Shown in pieces: positions 30,879 to 41,386 of a DNA stretch of 64,000 nt. The DNA is from Thermodesulfovibrionales bacterium (GTDB taxonomy: Bacteria > Nitrospirota > Thermodesulfovibrionia > Thermodesulfovibrionales > SM23-35). The stretch lies in NCBI GenBank assembly GCA_963715195.1, contig CAVQRT010000030.1, forward strand, positions 1 to 64,000. The letters run 5' to 3'. Positions within the stretch are counted from its first letter, which is position 1; each line of letters begins with the position of its first letter. The position numbers were made by a program, and so were the translations under genes. The notes beneath the pieces were generated by a model, which saw only the letters and a list, made by a program, of their open reading frames with translations, ran no database searches and was not told where the DNA came from.

Positions 30879-31616
30879 ATGGATACTACCAAACTCAAAA
30901 ACATCCTTCAATCAGTCCAATCCGGCAGAATAACTATTGAAAAGGCATTGGATACTTTAAAACACCTGCCCTATGAAGAACTGTCTTTTGCAAAGATTGA
31001 TCATCACAGGCATTTGCGTCAGGGAATTCCCGAGGTCGTTTTCGCCAAAGGGAAAAAAGAAGAAGACGTGGTATCGATTGCGCGTGCTATCTTTAGAAAA
31101 AGCAGGAAATTGCTGGTTACCAGGGCATCACAGGAGATCTTCAAAAAGCTGAAACTCAAAAGTGCTGCATTTCATCCTTTATCAGGAGCGATTGTAGCAA
31201 ATGAAGAACACAGGAAAACAGGCCGGATCCTTGTACTTACTGCGGGGACATCAGATATTCCGGTGGCAGAAGAGGCAGCGGTAACAGCTTCGTTCCTTGG
31301 GAGCAGGGTCGAGACCGTTTACGACGTTGGTGTGGCCGGGATCCACCGTCTGGTAAGCGCGAAGAAGGCTTTGCAGTCCGCGAGGGCTGTTATTGTTGTT
31401 GCCGGCATGGAAGGGGCTCTCCCATCAGTGGTTGGCGGTCTGGTAGACAAACCCATTATCGCGGTCCCGACATCCATCGGGTACGGCACAAGCCTCGGCG
31501 GACTGACTGCACTATTCGCGATGCTCAATTCCTGCGTGCCGGGAATTGCAGTCATGAATATCGACAACGGGTTCGGTGCAGGCTGCCTTGCTCATAAGAT
31601 TAATACCATACATTAA
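30879..31616 (+). CDS. larB: Nickel-pincer cofactor biosynthesis protein LarB (PurE-like)
   Basis: AKIDHHRHLRQGIPEVVF, AGTSDIPVAEEA, DVGVAGIHRL, AGMEGALPS, NIDNGFGA. Confidence 0.92.
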   Translation: MDTTKLKNILQSVQSGRITIEKALDTLKHLPYEELSFAKIDHHRHLRQGIPEVVFAKGKKEEDVVSIARAIFRKSRKLLVTRASQEIFKKLKLKSAAFHPLSGAIVANEEHRKTGRILVLTAGTSDIPVAEEAAVTASFLGSRVETVYDVGVAGIHRLVSAKKALQSARAVIVVAGMEGALPSVVGGLVDKPIIAVPTSIGYGTSLGGLTALFAMLNSCVPGIAVMNIDNGFGAGCLAHKINTIH

Positions 31617-31622
31617 TTTTCT

Positions 31623-34265
31623 ATGAACCTTTATCTCATCGACGGTAACTCCTATGTGTATCGCGCTTACTATGCAATCAGGGACCTTTCGAATTCACGG
31701 GGTTTTCCCACGAATGCAATTTACGGCTTTACCAACATGCTCCTCAAGATCATCAGGGAGAAAAAACCAGACGGTATTGTTGTATCTTTTGATTCACCTG
31801 TCCCAACAGAGCGGCACAAAATATACGAAGAATATAAAGCCCAGAGACCGGAAACACCCGGTGACCTCGTCCGGCAGCTTCCTTACATCAGGAAAATAAT
31901 CGCTGCCTTCAATATCAAGATTTTCGAGATCCCAGGATATGAAGCAGATGATATTCTCGGGACGATCGCTCAAAAGGGGGCTTCTGAAGGATTAGATGTG
32001 TTTATCGTTACCGGGGACAAGGACATGCTTCAGATCGTAAACGAGAAAATCAAGGTATACGATCCCATGAAAGACAAAGTCTTTGACGAACAATATGTCA
32101 CGGAGAAATTCGGGCTGAAGCCAGAGCGAATCCCTGAATTCATGGCCTTGACCGGAGACGCCGTTGACAATATCCCGGGAATTAAGGGAGTCGGCGAAAA
32201 GACAGCGAGGGAACTCTTGACCCAATTCCATAATCTCGAACACATGTTAAACAATCCAGCAAAGATAAAAAAAGAGAAATTGAGACATCTCGTGGCTGAG
32301 AGCGCAGACGTCGTGCGGTTGAGTCAAAAACTTGCAACACTCGATAGATCTGTTCCCATCGATATTCATGTCGAAGAATTCAAGCTGAGGGAACCCGACT
32401 GGCTTTCTCTGTTAGCCCTTTTCAGGGAATTCGAGTTTGGGAGGCTGATGAAACTTATTCCTTCGGGGACCGGACCCGAAATGAGCAACGAGATAGTCCT
32501 CGCTGCAGGCAGACTCAAAGAGATCGTGTCGACAATTAAAGATGAGGTTGCTCTCGACACCGAGGCAACCAGCAGGCATCCTGTTGCTGCTGATCTCGTT
32601 GGCATATCACTCTGCAATGAGAGCCAACGCGCTTTCTACGTCCCTGTTCATCACACATACCCCGGCGTGCCTGAACAAATAAACAAGAGCACCGGTGTTT
32701 CCATTCTTTCACCATTTCTTGAGGATGAAAAGGTAGCAAAAATAGGGCATAACCTGAAATACGATATCATTCTCCTCGAAAAGGAGGGGATCCGCGTCAA
32801 AGGGCCTTTATTTGATACCATGATTGCATCATATCTTCTGAACCCAAACAAACCAAACCACAGCCTCGAGGAAGTCTCCCTCGAATACCTGTCATACCGG
32901 AAAAAGACGTTCATGGAAGTAGTTAAGAAAAGAAGTTCCTTTTCGGAAGTCCCGCTTGAGGATGCCGTTACGTATGCGTGTACTGATGCTCACCTCGCTT
33001 TTGAATTGAAGGAAATTCTGTTTACAAAACTGGGAGAAAACGATCTTGCGAACCTCTATTTCACGATAGAAATGCCGCTCATTTCTGTGCTCGCCGGCAT
33101 GGAAATGGCGGGGGTAAAGATTGACTCCGAGAAACTCGCGGCGATATCAAAAGAACTTGAACGCGAAATCGAAGGCCTTACAAGAAGAATTTACTTTCTT
33201 GCCGGGGAAGAATTTAACATCAACTCACCGAAACAGTTGAGCAAAATCCTGTTCCACAATCTTAGCCTCCGGCCGGGGAAAAAGACAAAAACCGGTTTTT
33301 CCACCGAAATGAGTGTGCTCGAAGAGCTTGCGGAGGCACACGAACTGCCCCGGGAGGTGCTTGTTTACCGGAGCCTGACCAAACTCCAGACAACTTATAT
33401 CGACGTCCTGCCGGCGCTGATCGATCACAGGACTGGCCGTATCCATACCTCGTTTAACCAGACAGTGACATCTACCGGAAGATTGAGCAGCAGCGAGCCT
33501 AACCTCCAGAACATCCCGGTAAAAGGAGCGTGGGGAAAGCGCATACGGGAAACATTTATTGCGGAAAAAGGCAACATTCTGCTCTCGGCAGATTATTCGC
33601 AGGTTGAATTGCGGCTACTCGCACATCTCAGTAATGATGAAGGGCTCATTGATGCATTCAGAAAGGACCTTGATATCCACTCCAGGACAGCGTCTGAAAT
33701 TTTTGGCGTACCGATCGAAAAAGTACCCGGGGATCTCAGGAGGGTTGCCAAGACAGTGAACTTCGGGGTTATTTATGGCATTTCACCTTTCGGATTAGCA
33801 GAGACACTCAGCATTCCGGGGGATGATGCAAAAAAATATATTGATCAGTACTTTCAGAGACATCCCGGAGTGAAGACATATATAAACAGAAGCATTACCG
33901 AGGCAAAGAGCAATGGGTTTGTAACAACGCTCTTCGGCAGGAAACGCTCCATTCCCGAAATCCTGAGCAGGAATGTGGCCGTGAGACAACAAGGAGAGAG
34001 ATTTGCCATGAATTCACCGATTCAGGGTACGGCAGCCGATATTATCAAAGTCGCGATGATAAACATAGCGGGTATGCTCAGAGAGAAAAACCTGAAGGCA
34101 AAGATGATCCTTCAGGTGCACGATGAACTCCTCTTTGAACTCCATCCCGGGGAGCTTGAAACGTTAACTGATATTGTCCGCAAGGAGATGGAAAGGGTTA
34201 TCACACTCTCTGTTCCGTTAAAAGTGGATATTCACCACGGGAATAACTGGGCCGAAGCACATTAA
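31623..34265 (+). CDS. polA: DNA polymerase I
   Basis: LIDGNS, EADD, DNIPGIKG, TGRLSSSEPNLQNIP, DYSQVELR, QVHDEL. Confidence 0.98.
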   Translation: MNLYLIDGNSYVYRAYYAIRDLSNSRGFPTNAIYGFTNMLLKIIREKKPDGIVVSFDSPVPTERHKIYEEYKAQRPETPGDLVRQLPYIRKIIAAFNIKIFEIPGYEADDILGTIAQKGASEGLDVFIVTGDKDMLQIVNEKIKVYDPMKDKVFDEQYVTEKFGLKPERIPEFMALTGDAVDNIPGIKGVGEKTARELLTQFHNLEHMLNNPAKIKKEKLRHLVAESADVVRLSQKLATLDRSVPIDIHVEEFKLREPDWLSLLALFREFEFGRLMKLIPSGTGPEMSNEIVLAAGRLKEIVSTIKDEVALDTEATSRHPVAADLVGISLCNESQRAFYVPVHHTYPGVPEQINKSTGVSILSPFLEDEKVAKIGHNLKYDIILLEKEGIRVKGPLFDTMIASYLLNPNKPNHSLEEVSLEYLSYRKKTFMEVVKKRSSFSEVPLEDAVTYACTDAHLAFELKEILFTKLGENDLANLYFTIEMPLISVLAGMEMAGVKIDSEKLAAISKELEREIEGLTRRIYFLAGEEFNINSPKQLSKILFHNLSLRPGKKTKTGFSTEMSVLEELAEAHELPREVLVYRSLTKLQTTYIDVLPALIDHRTGRIHTSFNQTVTSTGRLSSSEPNLQNIPVKGAWGKRIRETFIAEKGNILLSADYSQVELRLLAHLSNDEGLIDAFRKDLDIHSRTASEIFGVPIEKVPGDLRRVAKTVNFGVIYGISPFGLAETLSIPGDDAKKYIDQYFQRHPGVKTYINRSITEAKSNGFVTTLFGRKRSIPEILSRNVAVRQQGERFAMNSPIQGTAADIIKVAMINIAGMLREKNLKAKMILQVHDELLFELHPGELETLTDIVRKEMERVITLSVPLKVDIHHGNNWAEAH

Positions 34266-34335
34266 AAGTGAAAAGTGATAATGTTCTTTTGGTAATTATG
34301 CATTTTTGGTAAAATAGTGGGCATCAGGAGGGGTT

Positions 34336-35520
34336 ATGACAAAGAAATCAGGCATTCAGAAGATTTCCCTCACAACAAAGAAAAAAAGTGTGAAGAAAAA
34401 AGCTGGCACTGTCTCTGCATCTCCTGAAAAGAAAGCTGGGGGAAAAAGGCAGGCCCGGAGTGTAGCTCCAAAGGCTAAGGTAGTACCGAAGGGTAAGGGA
34501 AAGAAGACTCCGGTAAAAAAGGGGAAGAGTGAAGTCAAGAAACAGGCAAAACCTGTCAAAAAACCGGGGAAGACAGCATTAATACCTCCAAAAAAGACGG
34601 CCACTAAGAGGCCAACCAGCAAAAAGACGGCAAAAGCCCCTCTTAAAAAATCAATAAAAACTGTAGCATCCGAAAAAGCCGGGAAGCCTCTGAAAGCAAC
34701 TAGGGCCAAAACAACGGCAACAAAAATAAAAAGAGCCAGAGAAGAAACCGTTCAGAAGAAAGTAAATAAGACGAAAAAGGCTGCCGGAAAACCTGAAAAA
34801 AAGATTACCCTCAGGAAAACAGATAAAACGGAAGCACCCAAGACACGAAAAACACCTTCCAAAAAACTTGCTACAGCCCGGGCTAAACAGAAAAAACCGC
34901 TCAAAAGAAAAGCATCTGAAAAAATTGAACAGGCAAAACCCGTTCAAGCAAGAAGGGAGAGGAAAAAGCGTACTCTGAAAAAACCAACTGAAGTTAAACA
35001 GATGAAACCAACTGTGGTTCCGAAACGGCTGAAGGAAGAAAAAGCTTTTCCTTCGCCGAAGGGTATAGCAGCTGATACCAGAGTAACAGGAATGGCCACT
35101 GAGGAAGTTTTATTCCTTTCCGCCGAAGTGGAAACACTCCCATCTGAATATGGAGAAAATAGCATTACGCTTATGCCGGTCAATCCATACAAACTGTTTG
35201 CCTTTTGGGAAGTCCGAAGAGAAACCCTGAAGATATTAAAGGGTTTTCTCAATCTGAGGTTGTACGATGTCACTGGCATCGATTTGGCTACAACAGATGC
35301 ACATTTCTTTACAGACAGCACAGTCAGTGAAAGGGTCGGTAAAATGTACCTCTATGTGATTCCCGCAAAAGAGTATGTCGCTGACATTGGTATTGTCCAC
35401 AATGGGATTTTTATCGGTATTGCGCGCTCACCGAGAGTATCGACCCCCGGCGCAGGAACTGCTGGAGAAGAGGAATACCTCCCCGAAGGTTTTGCTGCCG
35501 GCACCCGCATCGGTTATTAA
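34336..35520 (+). CDS. Lys/Ala-rich (histone H1-like) N-terminus plus DUF4912 domain
   Basis: About 230 aa of K/A/P/T-rich low complexity, then LPSEYGE.SITLMPVNPYKLFAFWEV, LRLYDVT, IARS. Confidence 0.8.
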   Translation: MTKKSGIQKISLTTKKKSVKKKAGTVSASPEKKAGGKRQARSVAPKAKVVPKGKGKKTPVKKGKSEVKKQAKPVKKPGKTALIPPKKTATKRPTSKKTAKAPLKKSIKTVASEKAGKPLKATRAKTTATKIKRAREETVQKKVNKTKKAAGKPEKKITLRKTDKTEAPKTRKTPSKKLATARAKQKKPLKRKASEKIEQAKPVQARRERKKRTLKKPTEVKQMKPTVVPKRLKEEKAFPSPKGIAADTRVTGMATEEVLFLSAEVETLPSEYGENSITLMPVNPYKLFAFWEVRRETLKILKGFLNLRLYDVTGIDLATTDAHFFTDSTVSERVGKMYLYVIPAKEYVADIGIVHNGIFIGIARSPRVSTPGAGTAGEEEYLPEGFAAGTRIGY

Positions 35521-35548
35521 TTCTTTTTATTCTTCATGGAGGGTACGT

Positions 35549-37123
35549 ATGCAGAAATCAGTAGGTTTTCTGTTGGCTTTCGTTTTTCTCTTTTTCCTTT
35601 TTTCGATGCCTGTGCTGGCAGCAGATCCCGAAATTGAACAATTAAAAGGAGAGGTCCAGAAGCTGCTTCAGCGAATCGAAGAGCTGGAAAAGAAACAGGC
35701 TGAAACACAGACGACAACAGTTGAGACAGAGAAAAAGGTTGAAGAGGTTGAAAAGAGAGCGGAGAAAGTTGAAAAGAAGTCGCTCAAGGATCGTATTGAG
35801 TGGGGTGGTGAAATACGCTTCCGTATTGTGACCGAGAATGCAACAACAGACAAGAACTTTTATGGAGTCGGCCAACCGGGCAAAAATCAGGAGTGGGAAG
35901 ACAAAACCTCGTTCCCCACAAGAATTAGACTGAACGCCCATGTTGAGGCCGTGCAGGACTGGCTTGATGTCTATGCACGTCTTACGATGAACAAACGATG
36001 GGGTGCATGGGATTCTTCAGCAACAGATCCGTTCAACAAGCCAAACTCATTTGAAGCAAGCAGCGGACATGATTTGAATGCACGGTTTGAACAGGCTTAT
36101 ATAACGATGAAATTGCCCTGGATCAACAGCATGTGGTATATAGGACGTCTCCCCGGTGAGGATGGCGCCCCACAGCGCTCGGCTCGAAGCATCTTCCCGA
36201 GGCCGTTCATAGACTCTGAGATTGATGGGACATTAATCTTATGGACTGCACCGGCGACCGGCCTTGACAATGTAAATCTCCCGTGGACATCCAAGAGATT
36301 ATGGGGAACGCAGAGCGAATCCGGCAAGGCGCCGACGCTTAAGTCATATGAAGCAAAGGTTAAAGACAAAACTGGGATTCTTCTCGGATACCTGAAGTAT
36401 GACGAGAAAAAACTGCAGTTTGAGGATGATGAAGACCTCAAGTCAGACGCTGATGCGTATCTTGCACAGGCACAGGTAAAGGTCGGCAAAGATACAGCGG
36501 TTATCCTCAGCGGGCTTTACATGGAAGATTGGCATATGCCCAATACTTCAGGGCTGAATTATATCCCTGATCTAAGAACGGATTATTACCTGACCGGCGC
36601 ATACGTTGATACCCAGCTCATGGGATTTATGCTGTACGGAGCTTACTATTACAGCCATTTCAACATCTCGGGGCACTCGTTCAAACCCGGTGGCACAGGA
36701 GATACCAATACTGTTGATGCAGACGGGAAGCCTGGCCATTTATGGTTTGCAGGATTTAACACCGGAGACCTGATTCATCCGAACCATCAGTTGACCCTTG
36801 AGTTTGCAGACGGTAGCGACGCATGGATCAACCCGTTCAACTACAGGGGGTTCAGGAGAAAAGGCACCGTGTCTTCGCCGGCAGGTAACTATTTCTATGA
36901 TCCTTCAGGCAAAGGCACTGTAGGCTTCTATCCGTTCAATGCACAGGTATGGGACATTTACTACGACTACTATTTCAAACCGAGCATAAGATTCCGTTTA
37001 GGGTATATGGATTTCCTGTATACCAAACATGACAGGGACAGCGGGGAGGGCTTCTCGGTTCTCGGAAGCTCGAAATACCAGCATGATTATTGGCCTTACT
37101 TTGAGATCAACGTCTCTTTCTAA
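35549..37123 (+). CDS. DUF3373-like outer-membrane beta-barrel protein
   Basis: Signal peptide, coiled coil, DRIEWGGEIRFR, RLTMNKRWG, C-terminal Phe; GGAGG RBS before ATG 35549. Confidence 0.7.
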   Translation: MQKSVGFLLAFVFLFFLFSMPVLAADPEIEQLKGEVQKLLQRIEELEKKQAETQTTTVETEKKVEEVEKRAEKVEKKSLKDRIEWGGEIRFRIVTENATTDKNFYGVGQPGKNQEWEDKTSFPTRIRLNAHVEAVQDWLDVYARLTMNKRWGAWDSSATDPFNKPNSFEASSGHDLNARFEQAYITMKLPWINSMWYIGRLPGEDGAPQRSARSIFPRPFIDSEIDGTLILWTAPATGLDNVNLPWTSKRLWGTQSESGKAPTLKSYEAKVKDKTGILLGYLKYDEKKLQFEDDEDLKSDADAYLAQAQVKVGKDTAVILSGLYMEDWHMPNTSGLNYIPDLRTDYYLTGAYVDTQLMGFMLYGAYYYSHFNISGHSFKPGGTGDTNTVDADGKPGHLWFAGFNTGDLIHPNHQLTLEFADGSDAWINPFNYRGFRRKGTVSSPAGNYFYDPSGKGTVGFYPFNAQVWDIYYDYYFKPSIRFRLGYMDFLYTKHDRDSGEGFSVLGSSKYQHDYWPYFEINVSF

Positions 37124-37144
37124 GCTCTGTTAACCTTCTTGACT

Positions 37145-37180
37145 GGGGAGGCTGGATTCCGCCAGCCTCCCCTTTATTTA
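37145..37180 (+). terminator. Rho-independent terminator
   Basis: GGGGAGGCTGG-ATTCCG-CCAGCCTCCCC followed by TTTATTT. Confidence 0.85.
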
Positions 37181-37298
37181 TCTTCATGTGATTTTCTCAA
37201 TTGTTTAAATCACTTGAAAGGGGCCAAAGAAATCCTTTAGAATCAAAGGCACGCATAACCCGCCCTGCAACATTGGGATCTCTGCAAGCATATCACAT

Positions 37299-37373
37299 GC
37301 CGGTGTAGCTCAGAGGCAGAGCAGCTGATTCGTAATCAGCAGGTCGTCGGTTCGACTCCGACCACCGGCTCCA
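37299..37373 (+). tRNA. tRNA-Thr(CGT)
   Basis: GCCGGTG acceptor, anticodon arm GCTGA-TTCGTAA-TCAGC, GTTCGACTC, 3' CCA. Confidence 0.95.
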
Positions 37374-37689
37374 TAAAAAAATCAAGTATTTCGAGAGCTT
37401 ACACCCTAAAATTACCTTTTTCTTTGGTTTCGGAAAATAGGAGAAAACGGGGGAAATTAACCCCATTTTGCACCCAAAATGCACCCACTTTGTTCTCCTG
37501 TGTCAGTATATTTGAAATTCATCGATCTCTATCTCTCCTCTTGACTCACTCCATCAGGATGTTGTGAACGCAATACAACATTTGAATTTGAATTGGTAGC
37601 GAGCCTTCCGTAGAATAGCTTATTTACCTAATCAGATATTTTTGGTCAGGTTATAGTTACGCCTGTGAGAGTTGCTGAACTGTTATTGA

Positions 37690-38106
37690 TCATTCTCCAA
37701 TAATCTTTACCAGAACTCTTTTTTTCCTTCTTCCATCAAACTCTCCGTAAAAGATCTGCTCCCATGGACCAAAATCCAGTTTCCCATTGGTAACAGCAAC
37801 AACAACTTCCCTGCCCATAATCTGGCGTTTCAGGTGGGCATCAGCATTATCCTCACCAATATTGTGACGGTACTGAGAAACTGGTTCATGCGGTGCGAGC
37901 TTTTCAAGCCAGCCCTCATAGTCGTGGTGAAGTCCTGACTCATCGTCATTGATAAATACAGATGCTGTTATGTGCATTGCGTTTACAAGAATAATACCCT
38001 CTGTTATGCCACTCTCCCTCAGACACCTTTCTACCTCAGGAGTAATGTTAATAAAGGCCCGACGGGTAGGCACTTCAAACCAGAGTTCTTTGCGATAACT
38101 CTTCAT
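37690..38106 (-). CDS. yjbQ: YjbQ / UPF0047 family protein
   Basis: [46 protein letters not shown]. Confidence 0.92.
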   Translation of the reverse strand: MKSYRKELWFEVPTRRAFINITPEVERCLRESGITEGIILVNAMHITASVFINDDESGLHHDYEGWLEKLAPHEPVSQYRHNIGEDNADAHLKRQIMGREVVVAVTNGKLDFGPWEQIFYGEFDGRRKKRVLVKIIGE

Positions 38107-38901
38107 CATAGCCTCCTTCATTCAAAAGAAGTTTTCTGATCTGGTAATTATAAAATATCTTCACCTGTCTGAGATTCACCATAAGATATACCCTTCCTTT
38201 CTTATATCCCATGCAGTATAATCTCAATCAACAAAATTACAGAGAGGGGTATGCGGAAACGAGGAATTCAAGGTGCGGAGAAAAGGTGTTGAGGGAATGC
38301 ACCTTTTTGAATCTATAAGCTTTTGCGGAGAATTTACTTTTTATATGGTTGTAATCTTGTAGTATCTATTAATTCGACGGAGGCTGTCGTATAAATTCGA
38401 AAGATGCTATAGAACTATTACTACGCGCTTGTCATGAATGACATTTTCTGATACCAAAGTATAAGAAAAAATTATGACTATTAGCATCTGTGAATAAATT
38501 GTAAGAAAAATGGTTTGTAATTCCTTCCAGCCCTTTAATTATGATGGCTTCTATACTTTTGCCTAAGATTCGGTCATGCAAAATACGCAATAAAATCAAT
38601 ATATTATGTGAGTAACACTGGATCTGCTGTCATGTCATCGGTACCAGTCGCTGAAAGCCTTACTCTATCAAGGAGCTCTATGGGTAGGCTGTTAATAAGA
38701 TATGAAAAAGCCTGTCTTTATCGGTCTCAGAAAAGATGCTCTTAGGGGAGATAGCGCCGAGTACTGTCACTATTGGAAAGAATAATCAAGAGGGAAGGAA
38801 AATGCCAAAAGGACTAAGCCTATCCCAGCAATATATTACTTCACCTTGATATTCTTTTTTATTATTCTGATTAGTAGTACAATTGTCTCAGGATAAATTG
38901 C

Positions 38902-39303
38902 ATGACAATAAAGGACAGAGTGCTAAGGGCCAAACTGCTCATCTTCCTATTCGCGTTTCTCCTAATTCTCTCGGGGAAATCGTGGGCCAATTTCTGGTGC
39001 AACGGAAAAATCGTCGCAGTTGGGGATACCCGATTCGATATCCTGCATAAATGCGGAGAGCCGGATTTCAAAGAGAGGTGGTACGAAAATTGGATACAGA
39101 GGGATTTCTACCCGGACCTCTTCAGGTCGGAAAGACACCACAGGTATCGCGAGAGGGAACTGTACCGTGAGCCTTCCCTAGTCGAAGAAATCGTTGTAAT
39201 CGAAGAATGGATTTACAATTTAGGCCCAGCGAGATTCGTGAGGTATGTGATTTTTGAAAACGGTGTAGTCGTGGACATCAGAACGGGCGGATATGGATAT
39301 TGA
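38902..39303 (+). CDS. DUF2845-like secreted protein
   Basis: Signal peptide, CNGKIVAVGD..DILHKCGEP, EEWIYNLGP, FENGVVVDIRTGGYG. Confidence 0.8.
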   Translation: MTIKDRVLRAKLLIFLFAFLLILSGKSWANFWCNGKIVAVGDTRFDILHKCGEPDFKERWYENWIQRDFYPDLFRSERHHRYRERELYREPSLVEEIVVIEEWIYNLGPARFVRYVIFENGVVVDIRTGGYGY

Positions 39304-39356
39304 CCGATCGGTATTACGCATATAAAAGTAGTACAATGGTTCGTGAGAGAACTTGA

Positions 39357-39524
39357 ATGACAAAGAAAGTTGATATTAAAGAAGATGCTTTCGACATAGA
39401 TACAGCTAAAATATGGTGCCCCGAAGGAGAACAATTCAAGTATGTCAAAGCCTGTGATGCTGACTGCAAAAAGAAAGACAGGTGTAAGCCATTCAGGGAT
39501 TATTTTGAGCCGAAGTTGTTCTGA
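39357..39524 (+). CDS. Small 4-Cys protein, 55 aa (not in ORF track)
   Basis: MTKKVDIKEDAFDIDTAKIWCPEGEQFKYVKACDADCKKKDRCKPFRDYFEPKLF. Confidence 0.6.
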   Translation: MTKKVDIKEDAFDIDTAKIWCPEGEQFKYVKACDADCKKKDRCKPFRDYFEPKLF

Positions 39525-40147
39525 GTTACACAGTTTTTAGAGTTTGTACGATTCTGCATCAGAAATGCTCTCGAAGACTGCTATGCAACATTTCATTCGA
39601 AATCAATAGAAAATTGTTTGTTAAACTCACATTTAAAATAGTATTTCGTAATCACTAAACTCCTCAGTTTATCTTGTAAGAAGAATTCTTACAAAAAAAT
39701 CAGACTTATACTGATACCTTTTACTCCTAATCTGAGATAGGGTTGTATGTATAAAAAGAGAGGGTAAGGTTTTACCCTAAGGTAGACACAATATTCCCCC
39801 CAATCGGGTGTTACCCCAACACCCCGGGTGTTATCCCCAACACCCTTTGAGTTTACCTATTCCCTCCAATTACCCTCTCATTTTTTTGTCCATTTCAGAT
39901 GACAAAGGCAAAGAGATCTTTGATGGAAGCCGTAATAAGAAAAAGGATGATACAAATCACCACATTGCCGTGGGCATTGTGGAATAAGTATGTGCCGGTG
40001 AGAAAAAAGCTATGTTTCCTCCGGGGCGAAAGATGCACAGCGTTCCAGATATGCCCGAGAGGCAAGCCTCCTTCCTCTTCTATGGAAGCAAACACCCCTA
40101 ATACTTGATATAATGGTGATGAGTACTATTGATAAAGGAGACATTTA

Positions 40148-40273
40148 ATGAGCAAAGAAAAAAATAAGCAAAAACCAAATGCAAAGAAAAAACCACAGCA
40201 TACCCTGAAAGAAAAAAGACAAGCAAAGAAACAAAAAGACTCTTCAACATCAAATATATGGTCCCAAAAGTAA
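40148..40273 (+). CDS. Small basic protein, 41 aa (not in ORF track)
   Basis: AAAGGAG RBS; MSKEKNKQKPNAKKKPQHTLKEKRQAKKQKDSSTSNIWSQK. Confidence 0.65.
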   Translation: MSKEKNKQKPNAKKKPQHTLKEKRQAKKQKDSSTSNIWSQK

Positions 40274-40381
40274 ATTAATAGAATTCTATAGGCAGTGGCT
40301 TAATGTCCAGTTATCAGATTTCTTCTTCATTGGAGTTGATATAGTATAGAAGCACAAATAAAATACAACCCGAGGTGTAAC

Positions 40382-41245
40382 ATGAAAAAGGTAATGGTAG
40401 CAGTATTATGCATCTTGTCACTCCTTGCAATCATTTCTATAGTTTATGCACAGAACCCTGGAATGATGGGTGGTCAAGGCACGATGGGGCATGGCATGAT
40501 GGGCTCTAGTCAAAGCGAGACGACACAAAATCCCACTCAGTTGTCTGATGGAGCGAAACTCTTCAATGCCAATTGTAGAGTTTGTCATGTGAATGGTGGC
40601 AATGTCATTAACCCGAACATGCCACTCAAGGGCTCATTGAAATTAAAGGATTATGACAGTTTTCTATCGTTTATTCGAAATCCCAAAATGCCTGACGGTT
40701 CCCAAGGTGCTATGCCTTCATTTACTGAAGGGCAAATATCAAACGAACAAGCAAAAACCCTATATCGATACATCACCTCTGACGAAGGTGAACTTGAGAG
40801 TGGAACTCCGGAAAGTGTGTATTGTCCTCGTTATGGGCAGTGTTCAAGATCAGGGAGAGGGTATCATATGGGGCCAGGTATGATGGGCGGTAGACAACAA
40901 GGCTGGAACTATTGTCCTTATTGCGGACAACCCCTTGGACAAGGTGGATATGGAATGGGACCAGGCATGATGGGACGAGGGGGAATGATGGGTGGAGGTT
41001 ATGGTTACCACATGGGACCAGGGATGATGGGACCTGGTTATTATCAACAAAACGAAGCCTGCCAGAAGTTCCTTGATGAGACTACCGGCATGAGAAAAGA
41101 TCTGCATAATAAGAGATATGAATACTTCGAGGCAATCCGCAATCCCAAAACAACCCCAGAGACAGCTGCTAAACTCGAAAAAGAACTCCGTGATCTTCAA
41201 GCTAATATTTACTCGAAAGCTCCTCAGGGTTGCTCGGTACAATAA
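40382..41245 (+). CDS. Periplasmic cytochrome c6-like monoheme domain fused to a Gly/Met-rich linker and a ZraP/Spy-like helical domain
   Basis: Signal peptide, GAKLFNANCRVCH (CxxCH), GAMPSF, CPYC, GMGPGMMG repeats, QKFLDET..MRKDLHNKRYEYFEA. Confidence 0.75.
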   Translation: MKKVMVAVLCILSLLAIISIVYAQNPGMMGGQGTMGHGMMGSSQSETTQNPTQLSDGAKLFNANCRVCHVNGGNVINPNMPLKGSLKLKDYDSFLSFIRNPKMPDGSQGAMPSFTEGQISNEQAKTLYRYITSDEGELESGTPESVYCPRYGQCSRSGRGYHMGPGMMGGRQQGWNYCPYCGQPLGQGGYGMGPGMMGRGGMMGGGYGYHMGPGMMGPGYYQQNEACQKFLDETTGMRKDLHNKRYEYFEAIRNPKTTPETAAKLEKELRDLQANIYSKAPQGCSVQ

Positions 41246-41386
41246 TTACTCGCAAAGAAAAGGCAGTCAGCAGAAGATGCTGGCTGCCATAAAAACTTCT
41301 TTATAATTTTTCTCTACTCCCTTCATCTTTCCTTCATAACTTTATTCTAATCTAAGATCAAGAACACAAATTCAAGGAGGCATCAC

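Noticed and set aside
34356..34947. Phe-rich minus-strand ORFs
   Set aside because: Antisense of the Lys-rich coding region
39806..39845. CRISPR array
   Set aside because: Only two adjacent ~20-nt units with no spacer and no cas genes
39899..40108. 69-aa ORF with three Cys
   Set aside because: No RBS or recognisable family; not supportable
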